A DNA stretch of 64,000 nucleotides, from NCBI GenBank assembly GCA_964016885.1, contig OZ024741.1:122326001-122390000 (forward strand), written 5' to 3'. This DNA is from Eledone cirrhosa (taxonomy: Eukaryota). This document shows, piece by piece, positions 41,088-54,196 of this stretch. The stretch's first letter is position 1. Each line of letters begins with the position of its first letter. The notes under the pieces were generated by a model, which was not told where the DNA came from, did not search any database, and saw only the letters and a program-made list of their open reading frames with translations. The translations under genes and the position numbers were made by a program.

Positions 41088-41251
41088 CTAGGCCCCACGT
41101 TACACTGGAGCTGGTTCTGGAAAAATAAATGTTAGGAAAAAAAAGATACGCATCATACGGACAAAGCCTTAGTTCTTCATTAATAATCATCCAGCCGGAG
41201 TCCCCTAAACACAGGTTATATTTGTTCGATATGTAGAAACGCCGACTGATT
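41088..41251 (-). CDS. Gene B exon 4
   Basis: ttttgatctacag|...|gtgagt; ISRRFYISNKYNLCLGDSGWMIINEELRLCPYDAYLFFPNIYFSRTSSSVTWGL; phase 2 to 1. Confidence 0.85.
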
Positions 41252-41689
41252 CTGTAGATCAAAAGAAATTCTTTATTATTAGTCATAAGAAAGTGTGTAG
41301 ACGAATGACAGTATCGGTAGAGTCTCAGACAGAATGCTTTAAGGCCATTTTGTTAACCGGGAAAATAAAGTACTAATAAAGTGATGGGTTCAGACAAGAT
41401 ATGTGATGGAAGACACTATCAGAATTAAAAAAAATTCAAAATAGAATTGGTTTTCACCATATATTGGCTACAAAAAATAATCTATTAGGGCATCTGAAAC
41501 CCCAATAAAGGAAACAATGGGCATTAGCTCCTGCATGTTTATTTCCGTTAAGAAGGATCATATGCCCTAATATTAAACTGCTTTCTATAGTGAAAGCTTC
41601 TAATTTCACAGTGAAAGCTTCTAATTCTATATAAACATGTTCAATCACCAAGGTATTCCAATTCACAGGTGACTTACTTATCAGAATCA

Positions 41690-42100
41690 AGTTTGTGATT
41701 ACATTTAGGAACTTCAACTATATTTACTGTTGCAGAATTTATAATAATATTTAAGGTTGTCCACTGTAAAGGGATGAAATCTAGACACAAATGTGTTACT
41801 ACGTTGGCACAATTTGGTATTATATTTAGGAAATTCAAATTGAAATGGGTGAAAACTAGTAAAACATCATATACTACATTGGTAGAATTTAGGGTTATAT
41901 TTTAGGAGTTCAACTGCAAAGGGATGTGATCTAGCCGTAAATTTGGAACTGCATTGGTAGAATTTAGGGGTACATTTAGGGACATCAGATGTAAAGAGAT
42001 GAGGAATAGTCGCAAATCTGGTGTACAACTTAATTTTACATCTAGAAACTCTAGATGTAAATTGACGAGACATAGCCGAAAATCTGGTACAAAGTTAGAA
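41690..42100. repeat. degenerate short tandem repeat
   Basis: Recurring tggtagaatttaggg..acatttagg..ttcaactg.aaaggg units. Confidence 0.55.
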
Positions 42101-42179
42101 TTAATATTTTGCATGCACGAGCTTCTAATGTAAGGAATAAGATATATATTTGTATCAAATGGATTCAAATATGACATAC

Positions 42180-42343
42180 CCGTCTCCAATAATTGAGAAA
42201 TAATCGAAGCTGTCTGGTGCGGGATTAGTCCATGGTGATGATTTCAGGTTGCTAGCAGAGAACCAGCTTTCAAGAGTTGTATTCCTCCCGTTAAATACCA
42301 TTGTAACAACAGGTATCTGATTATCGTATAATACCAGTTTTAC
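42180..42343 (-). CDS. Gene B exon 3
   Basis: atccttcag|...|gtatgt; VKLVLYDNQIPVVTMVFNGRNTTLESWFSASNLKSSPWTNPAPDSFDYFSIIGD; phase 0 to 2; absent from the ORF track. Confidence 0.85.
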
Positions 42344-42568
42344 CTGAAGGATGTATCATATCATACCATATATATATATATATATATATATATATGGTAA
42401 ATGTAGACGGGAAGAAGGAAGCAAACACAGTACAATGAAGAAATATATTAATTTAACGATTTATATAGTAGGAAAAGAGGAATTACGTGCGTGTTCAGTC
42501 AACCGTTTGTGAGAATATATATGTGTGATTTGAAATTTACACACTCACACACATGCACACACATACAA

Positions 42569-42664
<96 letters not shown>

Positions 42665-42802
42665 ATACTTGGGGAGGCTCATATTTGTGTAATATTGCCA
42701 GAATTAATAACAGAACACATTCACTGTTTGGTTGGTCTTCGCTTTTCGCTTCTGTGTCTTTTATATCGGTAATCTAATTTATTCGGTCCTCAATGTTGCC
42801 AT

Positions 42803-42858
<56 letters not shown>

Positions 42859-43249
42859 TATATATATACATTTTTTTTTCTTTATGCGCGGGGACATAGA
42901 AATAGTCGGGCTGGATACCCGATCGCGCAGTTAAACCACTGGGAGTGAAGAACTCCTAGCCCTTGTCAGGGCATTCTTCTAGGAGAAGGCATCTCAGGAA
43001 ACTGGATTAACTCCGACATAAAACCTGCGGCTCAGTAGTTACCGATGATGTTGATCTTTTCTTCTTTTCGGGTTATATCTACTGTCACTCAGAAAGTGGG
43101 ATTGGCTCAGTGCACAGCCTTTCCTCACTTTAAAAATAATCTTCACGCACAAGCATTGCACGATTGCATTAATTAATAATTATTAATAGTGTATTATTTT
43201 TATTATTATTGTTACTATTATTATTACTTTTTTTTCTTTTCCCAATTCA

Positions 43250-46200
43250 ATGATGTTCCAAAACAATATAAAAGAGATAATTGGCAATAAGGGTTTTGGA
43301 ACAAAAAAGATAATTGGCAATAAGGGCAGGGGCCCCAGGTTATCACAGCATGGGTCCGCTCGTCATCGTGCCACTGTAATAGAGCCAAACAAGGCATTTA
43401 GTCTTGGCTGCTGGAACGTACGGACGCTGCTTGATAGGAATTCCTTGGAACGTCCTGAACGAAGGACCGCTCGTGTAGCAAAGGAGCTTCGACGTTACGG
43501 TCTTGACATCGTAGCTCTGTCTGAGACGAGGTTAGCTGGAGATGGTCATCTTACAGAATTGTGTGGAGAATATACATTCTTCTGGAAAGGAAGAGATGAA
43601 GTAACCAGAAAAGAGGCTGGGGTAGCATTTGCTGTTAAGACTGTTCTTGTGAATAAATGAGAAGAATTCCCAGTAGGGATTATTGAGCGTCTTATGTCCA
43701 TGAGAATTCCGCTGGAAAAAGGAAGATGTGCGACCCTGGTGAGTGTGTATGCTCCAACTATGAATTCTGTCGATGAAGAAAATGTGTCCTTTTACCATGC
43801 CTTGAAAGGTGTTTTAAGAAATATCCCTCAGGCAGACAAAGTCATCGTGCTTGGTGACTTTAATGCTAGAGAGGGTAGGGATTTTAACACATGGAATGTA
43901 ATCGGAAGGCATGGGGTGGGAAAGTGTAACAACAATGGTATGCTCCTGCTGCAGCTCTGTGAGGAGCTGGATCTGTGTGTTACCAACACCATATTCCAAC
44001 AAAAGAACAAATTTAAGACTACATGGATGCACCCTGCATCTAAGTAATGGCATCTTTTGGACTATGTCCTAGTCAAGATGCGTGACAGGATGCAGTGTGT
44101 TCGTGCTCTTCGTGGAGCTGAGTGTTGGACGGACCACCGCCTGGTACGCGCAAAAGTGAAACTAATCACTAAACGTAAAATCCGGGCTCCTGGTGTTGCC
44201 CTGCCCAGAAGATTGAATGCTGCTCGTCTTAAGGATAAAAATGTGAAGAGGACATTGCGAGAAGAGAAGCGGGTTGCAGATTTTGGTGAGGATTGGCCGA
44301 CCCTTAAAAAGTCGGTTTATGATGTAGGCAGGCGTGTTCTGGGATTGGTGCAGAGAAAACATCAAGACTGGTTTAATGAGAATGATGAACATATAGAAGA
44401 CTTGTTGGCTGATAAGAGGCGGGGTCTGTCACGCTACTTGACGGCAAAACCACAGGAGAAGAATATGTTGCATAAGGAACTCAAGGATGTGAAATCACGT
44501 GTTAGGCGGAGTCTTTCTCAGATGAAGGATCAGTGGTGGAGTGAGAAGGCTGATGAGATACAAACTGCGTCAGATTCCAATAACACAAAGCTGTTGTACA
44601 GTCTGTTGCGTGTCTGGTGACACCGCTTCGCAGCAAGGATGGCAAAGAACTTCTTCGTGACTTACAAGGAATTCTACGAAGGTGGCGAGAGCACTTTCAT
44701 GAGCTTTTGAATCAGCCGTCTGTCGTCAATGAAGATTTCCTCAATCTCACTCCAGAAAGTCCTGTGAAAGTAGCTCTCGCAGAACCTCCGACGCTTGTGG
44801 AGGTTGCAGAGGCTATCTCGAAGCTGAACAGTGGAAGGTCTCCAGGTATGGATGACATACATGCTGGTGAGAGACTTCTGCAACATCTTCACTCTTTGTT
44901 TGGCAGGATATGGGCTAATGAATCCGTACCTGAGGACTGGAGAGATGCAGTAATGGTGGTCTTGTACAAGGGAAAGGGTAACAGGAATTATTGTGGGAAC
45001 TACAGAGGTATATCATTGCTTTCTGTCGTAGGGAAAGTTTTATGTAGGGTGCTTCTGGACCGTCTGCTGACAGACATTGCAGATTGTGTTCTTCAGTCAA
45101 TCTGGTTTTCGTGCTGGACGCGGCACTACTGATATGATCTTCTCAGCTAGACAGCTCCAGGAGAAGTGCATGAAACAAGGTTTGGATCTGTATCAGGTTT
45201 TTGTCGATCTGACAAAAGCTTTCGATACTGTTAACAGAAATGCATTATGGAAGGCTCTCCAAAAATTTGGTTGCCCTGATAAGTTCCTTTCTTTAGTTAG
45301 GTTTTCCATGACGACATGAAGGCTTGGGTTAATGTCGGAGGTAACATGTCGGAGCCTATCTCAGTAAAAAATGGAGTGAAACAGGGGGATATTCAAGCAC
45401 CGACCCTGTTTGCCATATAATTTGCAATCGTTTTCTATATTGCATTCAGGAATTGCGAGCATGGTGTTTACATCCGATATCGAACCTCAGGCAGCATATT
45501 TAACATCAGGCGCTTTGCTGCAAAAACAAAAGTATTTACATCAATCATGAGAGACCTCTTGTATGCAGATGATTGCGATCTTGTAGCGCACACAGAGAGT
45601 GATATGCAGCACATTTTGAATGCATTTTCTGATGCTTGCACTGCTCTAGGTTTGACTGTCAGTCTCAACAAAACCGTCGTCCTGTATCAACCTGCCCCTG
45701 GTAAGCAGTACAGTGAACTGTGTGTCTGGTAAACAACTTGGAGTGGTTGATCAGTTTATCTACCTGGGAAGCACTGTCAATCGATACAGCAACCTTGGTA
45801 ATGAAATCCTACTCAGGATTAGGAAAGCAAGTGATGCTTTCGGAAAGCTAGAAAGGCGACTCTGGGGTCGGCGAGACATATGCAAGAAGACAAAGGTAAA
45901 GGTGTACAAGGCATGTATGCTGCTCTCTTCTCTTCTTTATGCCTGCGAGACTTGGGTCACATATCGACACCACCTTAAGCAATTGTATCGTTTCCATCAG
46001 ATGTGTCTCAGACGTATCCATGGCGTTTACTGGAGGGACCACGTCAGTGATGTCGAGATTTTAGAAAGCTCTCTGTGTGATAGTATAGAAGCTCTTGTGC
46101 TTAAGCAACGACTCCGTTGGAGTGGTCACCTTACCAGTATGAAGGATTCTAGAATATCAAAACAACTCTTTTATGGAGAGTCAGTTAAAGGAAAAGACCG

Positions 46201-46681
46201 CCACATAAACCAAAAAAGATGTATATGGATTCTTTGAAAGCCTCTTTGAAAGAGGCTATCATCTCTGCTGATACATGGGAAAATGATCGTAATAAATGGA
46301 GAAAGACTGTATATGAGTGGAAAGTTGCCTTTGAGGCATCTCGAATCGCATACGAGAAAGTAAAGCGGGATCTGGGGAAGGGCATTACTGTTGCATTTCC
46401 AGACGGCGAAGGTCCTCCTATAAGACATAAAGTAAGACCAGTGGTTGACTACCAGGCTGCTGTTGGAGATGTTACTCATCATACTTGCCAAACATGTGGT
46501 AGAGAATGTAAATCAGCAGGAGGGCTCAAACGACATGCATAAGTACATGAACTCCAACCACAGCCGGCTATTCCCAGTGAATGTTTTGGTTGCCAACTCT
46601 GCAAGACATTTTAGATCATTGCGCTGTTAATTGCTATCGTGTGTGTAGAGAGAGATATGTTTATGTGCGTGCGCGCGTGTG

Positions 46682-46712
<31 letters not shown>

Positions 46713-46800
46713 CGTTATTATTATTGTTGTTGTTATTATTATTATTTTTATTATTATGTTTTTTTTTTCTCGTGCAATGGCCATACTCGGTAACATCATA
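43250..46800 (+). mobile_element. near full-length RTE/BovB-like LINE, disrupted
   Basis: WNVRTLLD..ALSETRL, LGDFNA, TDH, NYRGISLLS, FVDLTKAFD, LYADD, C-terminal CQTCGRECKSAGGLKRH; several stops and frameshifts. Confidence 0.92.
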
Positions 46801-46891
46801 TATATATATCCATCATATATATACATATATATACAGACATGCATATATATACATACATATATACATACACATATATACATACATATATATA

Positions 46892-46991
<100 letters not shown>

Positions 46992-47094
46992 ATATATAGA
47001 GGTAGAACACTGGAAGGTAATATCCGTAGTGGTAGAGCACTCAGTCCATGGGACGAGTTTGGTAGAAATAGTAACACAACAGTTAGTTCACATA

Positions 47095-47135
47095 CCGAGA
47101 ACAATTGTTTCACCTTAAGCGGATCTTCAGCTCGG
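47095..47135 (-). ncRNA. minimal type I hammerhead (degenerate + strand copy at about 48919-48958)
   Basis: Reverse complement CCGAG CTGAAGA t CC gcttaa GG t GAAA CAATTG TT CTCGG. Confidence 0.7.
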
Positions 47136-47211
47136 ACTGGTAATGTGTATACGGAACAGGAAGGACAACCGTATGAACGCGCATGCGCAGAAACAGTCAT
47201 TTCACCCAGGT

Positions 47212-47869
47212 CATCATATCTTGTCGCGCCAGTGCCGTATCCATTGAAGTGCAGCGTCATTTGCTTCCATCAATCTTGGTCGGAGCATGTGGGTCCCAGT
47301 GAGCACCCACGGAGGATGTGGGGTGATCCTGGTCAGAAGTTCGATCCTGGTCGGGAGTAGGGTTGCCGGTAAGGTTTGGGAGGTCTCGCCGCATGGGCAC
47401 TCAGCGCTGGTGGTCAATCCCAACTTGTGGAGGTTGTCTCCAGTTTTGCCCGTTTTGATTCTGGCCCTGTTTAGGGTTACCCAGTCCTTTCTGCTAAGAG
47501 ATGTTCCATTGGGGAGGCTTTCATTTGGGCTTGGTAAGGCCGCGTTGGGTGGGCGGCGGTCACTCTCCCTCTACTTTTCCAACCTGTAAACTCCCGATTG
47601 TGCATGCTCCTGGCTATCGGTTAAGAAGCTTTTTCGAGATTTTAATCGTTTTCTTATTTCCCTGTAGCCATAGAGTGGATGCCTGGGATCGTGTTGTTGT
47701 TTGTAACGTTCAGTTTTTGCGTTGACCTCTCGTCGTATGTGGGGCGGTGGAATGCCGGCAAGAGTGTATACGGCTGGAAAGGGAGTTGCTTTTAATGTTC
47801 CGGTGATCATCCGGCATGATTTATTCAACTCTGGATCAACTCTGTTTGCGTGGCACGACCTTGGCCATA
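47212..47869 (-). mobile_element. 5'-truncated Vingi/Ingi-like LINE nested in the PLE, with 10-bp TSD
   Basis: CRMITGTLKATP..AGIPPPHIRR..RLKSRKSF..CPCGE; TCACCCAGGT at 47202-47211 and 47870-47879. Confidence 0.85.
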
Positions 47870-49168
47870 TCACCCAGGTGATACAAATCCACGGACGAAA
47901 GGTGTAAGGGAGATAACTGCGAGTGTCCGGAATAATATGTTCGAGTTGATTAGAAAATTAGAAAGTTGTTGTTATTCAATCTGGAGCTTTGTAATTATGC
48001 AAGAGATGTTTCTAGACATGCGGACAACGTGAGAAGATTTCATTTCTTATATTTAGGCAATCGTTATTGCGTAATCTCCTTACAATATTTATCCTTTCGT
48101 CACTACACAGTTCACAAGACGGATTGCCCCTTGCTTGGACTTAGTGATAGCATTCCATTGAATGGAGTAGTCTATGCTTGAGTCTTTGAGGGACCATACG
48201 TGGCTCGCGAGCTTCATGGGTTTCATGGATGATCGTTTGTTCGGGTACCTAAAGGTCGACTGATGGTTCAGGAAGCGTTCCTTAAATCAACCCTCCACCA
48301 TACCCACATAGGATTTGACCTCCTGTGGCTGATTTGGTCGGTTGGAAGTGACCACAGTTTCATAAACTACAGCGGGTGTGTTGCATTGCTGTGGAAGGGG
48401 ACAAGCTTGAGGCTTTCGGCAAGAGCATCTTGGTAGGGTGCCGCTCTTAGGACTGTTGGTGATGTGGGCCTTCATATTCTTAGCATAGGAGTACCCTAGT
48501 TTTACTCTGTATCTGTTAAAGATGGAGCGGTATTTGTGACCTATGGGAAAGTATTTATCTAAGAGGGCTAAAAAGTGTTTTCCTACATTAGTCTTAACGT
48601 TGAGTGAGAAGTGAGGAGAGAACCAGGTGGACTGTGTATTGAAGAAAGGATAAATATTGTAAGGAGATTACGCAATAGCGATGCCTAAATTCAAGAAATT
48701 AAATCTTCTCACGTTGTCTGGAAACACCTCTTACATAACTACAAAGCTTCGGATTGAATAACAACAACATTCTAATTTTCTAATCAACTCGAACATATTA
48801 TTCCAGACACTCGCAGTGACCTCCCTTACACCTTTCGCCCGTGGTTTTGTATCGTCTGAGTGCAGTGACCGTTTCTGCGCATGCGCGTTCTTCCTGTTCC
48901 GTATAAACATTACCAGTTAGAGCTGAAGATCCGCTTAAGGTGAAACAATTGTTATCGGTATGTGTGAACTAACTGTTGTGTTACTACTTCTATATGTATA
49001 CATACATACATGTATACATATATATATATATTCATACATACGTATATAAATACATATATATATATATATACATACATACATATATACATACACACACACC
49101 CACATATATATATTATATATATACATATATATATACATACACACACACACACACATATATATATACAC

Positions 49169-49256
<88 letters not shown>

Positions 49257-49325
49257 ACATATCAATATATATATACATATACATATGCATATATATATAT
49301 ACATATACATATATATACACACACA

Positions 49326-49357
<32 letters not shown>

Positions 49358-49358
49358 C

Positions 49359-49509
<151 letters not shown>

Positions 49510-49689
49510 CCTCTGCTATTAGTGATGATGATGACGATGAAATCTTCAAGTCAGTACCGCCCTGAAAATCACTGCAAATAAACCAAACTCTCGACTCCAC
49601 TCTCGTTGTCATGTTGGAATAAGAGAGACTATCGGTACAACCAAAAGGCACTTCTTAAATCGCAATTGCGAAGAGTCTTGGACATCATA

Positions 49690-50390
49690 TGTCTGACCTC
49701 TTGATTTCCTCCTCAACTGTTTTTTTTTTTAGGAAGAACCAGTCACCGTGAGAAGATTGCTAAGGAAAACGAGTTATCCACTTTCCCACATTATGACAGA
49801 TCCTGGCTAGTCATCCACTGGGATGGAGAATTATTACCATCGGCTTCCCGAGCCAACACATTGGAAGATCGTACTGCAGTTTTAGTTACAAGAAAAGGAA
49901 AGGAGCTCTTAGGCGTTCCGATTGCAGGGATGGAGCCAATAAGAAAATTGAGGCAGCTATAAAAATGTCCCTCTTGTAGCTGGTTTGTGGCATTACATTC
50001 ATGAATTGTTTTTGAAGAAAATATTCGAGATCCTTTACCTACCATTTGGTCCCGGTATTCCAATGTACAACAGTTTCCGAGAACATGGGGACTCCATTGA
50101 TAAGTCTCATTATCAAACTATCTTGTGCGATGATGAGCCCATGGAATTTTTGTACAAGCAAAAGAGGGATGAGATGGTAGAACATCTAATGATTACTGCT
50201 TTCTGGACATCAGCCCTGAGATGGCTATGCCGAGTTCATAAAGCTCACCCTCCTCTATCTTGGTGGTTGCCCATCTACCCAGCTCTCTCTCTCGGTCTCA
50301 GAGGCTTACAATCAAGCTTGTTGGATAGTTAAGGCCACATATATGATCAAGATAGTTCTTTTCAAAGAACAACTTAAGCTTACACCACGT
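49690..50390 (+). mobile_element. decayed putative DNA-transposon coding fragment
   Basis: LVIHWDGELLP, EDRTAVLV, LVCG(H)..HELFL and GPGIPMYNSF resemble an uncharacterised invertebrate transposase-like family (HWDGK/ACRHH/RWMAK); frameshifted. Confidence 0.55.
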
Positions 50391-50789
50391 GAGTCGTGAG
50401 ATCTACAAAAAGCCGTTTCCGTTTATAAATGTCATTCATCAGAAGTTTTCTCTATTTAACCCCAATATTATTGTGTTTATAAGATATTCCTCCTGCTTAT
50501 ATTCATTTCATTCCTTTCTGTCGTGTGGTTTCCTCGTTCGATTTAGTAAAGTGAATAGAAGAGACAATACATTACAGGCAAGGTTCAAACAATTATAAAT
50601 AAAAAGGTCATTCGATTGACCTATAATCGGCATACTTTGTTATTCTTCAACTCAAACACGACCGTAATCGACATCAGATAATTTCACCGATAGATAGCGA
50701 AATGAAACACCATAATGTGTATGTGCATGCAAGCATGCATGCGCCTGTATGTATATGGGTGGATATGTGGATGTTTATATATTCATGTA

Positions 50790-51060
50790 TGTATTCATGC
50801 GTATGTGTATATATGCAATACATGCATTCGTGCGTATGTGTATATATGCAATACATGCATTCGTGCGTATGTGTATATGTATGCAATACATGCATTCGTG
50901 CGTATGTGTATATATGCAATACATGCATTCGTGCGTATGTGTATATGTATGCAATACATGTATTCGTGCGTATGTGTATATATGCAATACATGCAGTCGT
51001 GTGTATGTGTATATATGCAATACAATCATTTGTGCGCATGTGTATGTATATATATATATG
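50790..51060. repeat. 28/32-bp minisatellite
   Basis: (tatgcaatacatgcattcgtgcgtatgtgtata) about 8 copies. Confidence 0.9.
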
Positions 51061-51140
51061 CATGCGCGTGTGTGTGTATGTGTATATGCATGCATGCATA
51101 CATGTGCTTATGATGGTGGTGTATATTTATACATACATAC

Positions 51141-51319
51141 CTCCTCAATTGGAAGATGTTCCCATATATCAAGAAGAGGGTGTCGGAAGAAGTTAGGACA
51201 GATTAAAAGAAGACAACTGTCCACGTTCCACGTTAATGGGCTCCCTTTGTTAATAAATGAATTGTAGATTAATGAATTAGCTCCCATTGTTAGAGTGTAA
51301 GCTGTAATCCATTCGCTAC
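51141..51319 (-). CDS. Gene B exon 2
   Basis: tttcttttcag|...|gtatgt; SSEWITAYTLTMGANSLIYNSFINKGSPLTWNVDSCLLLICPNFFRHPLLDIWEHLPIEE; phase 1 to 0; absent from the ORF track. Confidence 0.85.
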
Positions 51320-52149
51320 CTGAAAAGAAATAACGATAATTTCATGATGTTGATGATGATGATCATCATCATTGGACGGAGGAAAAAGTCTATTCTATTG
51401 ACCCCAGTACCTGACTAATACTTTATTTCATCGACCGCGGAAGGTTGAATGGCAAAGCCCACCAATGTCAACTTTACCTTTCATCCTTACAACGTCGACA
51501 AAATATAGTGCCAGTAATGCATTGGAGTCGATTTAATCGACTTTCTCCTCCCTTAAAATTCTTGGCCTTCTGCCTAAATTAGACCGTCGATTGGCAGTAT
51601 CGGTGGAGCGTCGGACACCATACCTTACGGAATAGCTTAACGGCCCTTTAAGCTCTGATTCCATATCCCACGGAGGTTAGCTTTGTTTTTCATCTGTACT
51701 ACAGGTAAATACCCCCTTAGGTCACGAATCACCATGGGATTTGCACCTAGAAAGTTTCCCTCCGAGGCACAAGGCCGGGCACGGTAGTTTGTGGAAGACC
51801 AGCAGTCGCCCATGCATACAAGCCTCACCTCCCCTCTCCAAGTCACCGATGATGTCCAAGGGAAAGGCAATAGCCGATACAGTTTCACACCAGTGACACT
51901 GGAACAACGTGAAATAAAATGTCTTGCTCAAGGACACAACGCATCACTCGGTCCGAGAATCGGACTCACAACCTTTCGCAAGCCCAACTTTTTGCTAACC
52001 ACCAAGCCATGCACTTTTATCCGTATTGGTTCGATAAAATAAGTACAGTATGACACTGGGGTCGGTTGAATCGCCTTTACCCTGCCCCCAAATTGTTGGA
52101 CTCGTGCCTAAATCAGAAGCCATTATCATTATTATTATCATATCATATC

Positions 52150-53155
52150 GGTGGATTGGCAGTATCGGTAGAGGGTCGGACGCCATGCTTTCCAGCATAA
52201 TTACGTCCCTTTACGATCTGAGTTCAAATCCCGCCAAGGTTGACTTTGCCTTTCATCCTTACGGGATCGATAAAATAAAGTACCAGTAATGTACTGGTTA
52301 ATTGCTGGCCTTGTGCCTAAAGTAGAAACAATTATTATTATCATATCATATTTTCTTAATTTTTACTTTCACACTTTTCTCATATATTATACTCGTATTA
52401 TTTTAGTGGATTGGCAGTATCGGTAGAGGGTCGGACGCCATGCTTTGATGCATAGAGTTACGGCCCTTGCTATTCTGAGTTCAAATCCCGCCGAGGTTAA
52501 CTTTGCCTTTCATCCTTACGGGGTCGATAAAATAAAGTACCAGTAATGTACTGGGTAATTTCTGGCCTTGTGCCAATAGTAGAAACAATTATTTTAGTGG
52601 ATTGGCAGTATCGGTAGAGAGTCAGACACCATGCTTTGAAGCATAGAGTTACGTCCCTTTATGATCTGAGTTCAAATCCCGCCGAGGTTAACTTTGCCTT
52701 TCATCCTTACGGGGTTGATAAAATAAGTACCAGTAATGTACTGGGTAATTATTGGCCTTGTGCCTAAAATAGAAACAATTATTTTATTCACTATAAGGGC
52801 AGTAGATTGGTAGTAGCGGTAGAGCATCGGACACCATGCTTTGCAGCATATAGGAACGCCCCTTTACATTCTGAATTCAACTCCCGCCGAGGTTAGCTTT
52901 GCCTTTCATCCTTACGGGTTGATAAAATAAAGTACCAGTAATGCACTTGGGTAATTGCTGGCCATGTGCCAAACGTAGAAACAATTATTATTATCATAAT
53001 AATCATAATCATTAGCATCATCGTCGTTGTCATCATCATCATCATCATTGGTATCATCACCATTTGCTTTTCATCCTTACGGGGTCGATAAAATAAAGCA
53101 CCAGTAATACACTGGAATAATTGCTGGCATTGTGCCAAAAGTAGAAACAATTATT
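52150..53155 (+). mobile_element. array of four full and one partial tRNA-derived SINEs
   Basis: Heads gtggattggcagtatcggtagag at about 52150, 52406, 52597 and 52800; further fragments at 51390-51700 and 52010-52125. Confidence 0.9.
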
Positions 53156-53234
53156 ATATTATTGTTTGGAATGTAACTTAAGAAAGGTTCATACATAAAT
53201 TATGACGGAAGGTTTTTCGATAAATGTATATACT

Positions 53235-53664
53235 TTAACCCTTTCTGTACCATATTTCTAATTGAAGACACTGCCTATGGTTTTCAAATAATTTAGCAAA
53301 TGAAAAAAAAAAAAAAAAATTGGAGGGATTTAGTAATATAAATGAGTTTCTCTTTACCTGGTAAAACGGCTTTCATAAAATTATTATGGAAACATTATAA
53401 ACATTTTGAAATGAGCTGTTTTGAATCATAAAACTACAGGTAGTTATTATACATCCAGGGATAGTTATAATACAATTAGGGGCAGTTATCATAAAACTAG
53501 GGTATCAAAAGGGTTATGATGGTATTTGTAACATAACAGAGGTTCATACACAAGATTATGACGGAAGATTTTCCCAGATGAATGAACATTTTAAAATGAA
53601 CAGCTTTGTATCATAGAACCAAGGGTGGTTTCAGGTACGAATATCTTGATATCAAAAGGGTTAA
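53235..53664. mobile_element. TTAA-flanked MITE-like element (piggyBac-type ends)
   Basis: TTAA-CCCTTT...AAAGGG-TTAA; related element at about 14469-14670. Confidence 0.5.
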
Positions 53665-53874
53665 GATGGTATTTGGAATATAACTTAACTTGAAATGGGT
53701 ATAGCTAACAGTATTAAAAAATGGAGATTATCTATAAAAGTGAACTGATACTTTGTTTTCAAATGAATCAATAGAATTCTGTGTGGAAAGTTATGTACTA
53801 GAATGGAAGACATAAATTCAAGGAAACGCTAAACATATGTAGGTACCTCTAAACAAGTCAGCAGTCAATAATAA

Positions 53875-54083
53875 TGATTTCTAGTATAGGCACAAGGCCA
53901 GTAATGGGAGGGGGGTCAATTAAATCGACCTCCAGTACGTTACTGGCGCTTTATTTTATCGATACCGTAAGGATGAAAGGCAAAGTTAATCTCAGCGGGA
54001 TTAGAACTTTGACGGTAAAGGACCGTAATTCTATTCTGCAATGCATGGTGTCCGACTCTACCAATACTGCCAATCTACCGCCC
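53875..54083 (-). mobile_element. tRNA-derived SINE
   Basis: Box A/box B/core pattern. Confidence 0.8.
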
Positions 54084-54196
54084 TGTCAATAATAATAATG
54101 ATAATAATAATAATGATAATATCAAATTTTGCCTCAGGTGTCAGGCTGACATACGACATGGTTTGGGAAAGAAGAAGAATTCAAAGAAGTTTCAAA

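Larger units (their letters stand above)
46998..48990 (-). mobile_element. Penelope-like fragment (linker + GIY-YIG + tail) with inverted 3' copy at 48631-48990
   Basis: WFSPHFSLNVKTNVGKHFL, CSCRKPQACPL, VVY...YVGMVEG; same family as 18093-18806. Confidence 0.85.

Noticed and set aside
42885-43170. Possible HDV-like ribozyme upstream of the RTE element
   Set aside because: Could not build the nested double pseudoknot by eye
52150-52240. tRNA-like box A/box B sequences
   Set aside because: SINE heads; no cloverleaf
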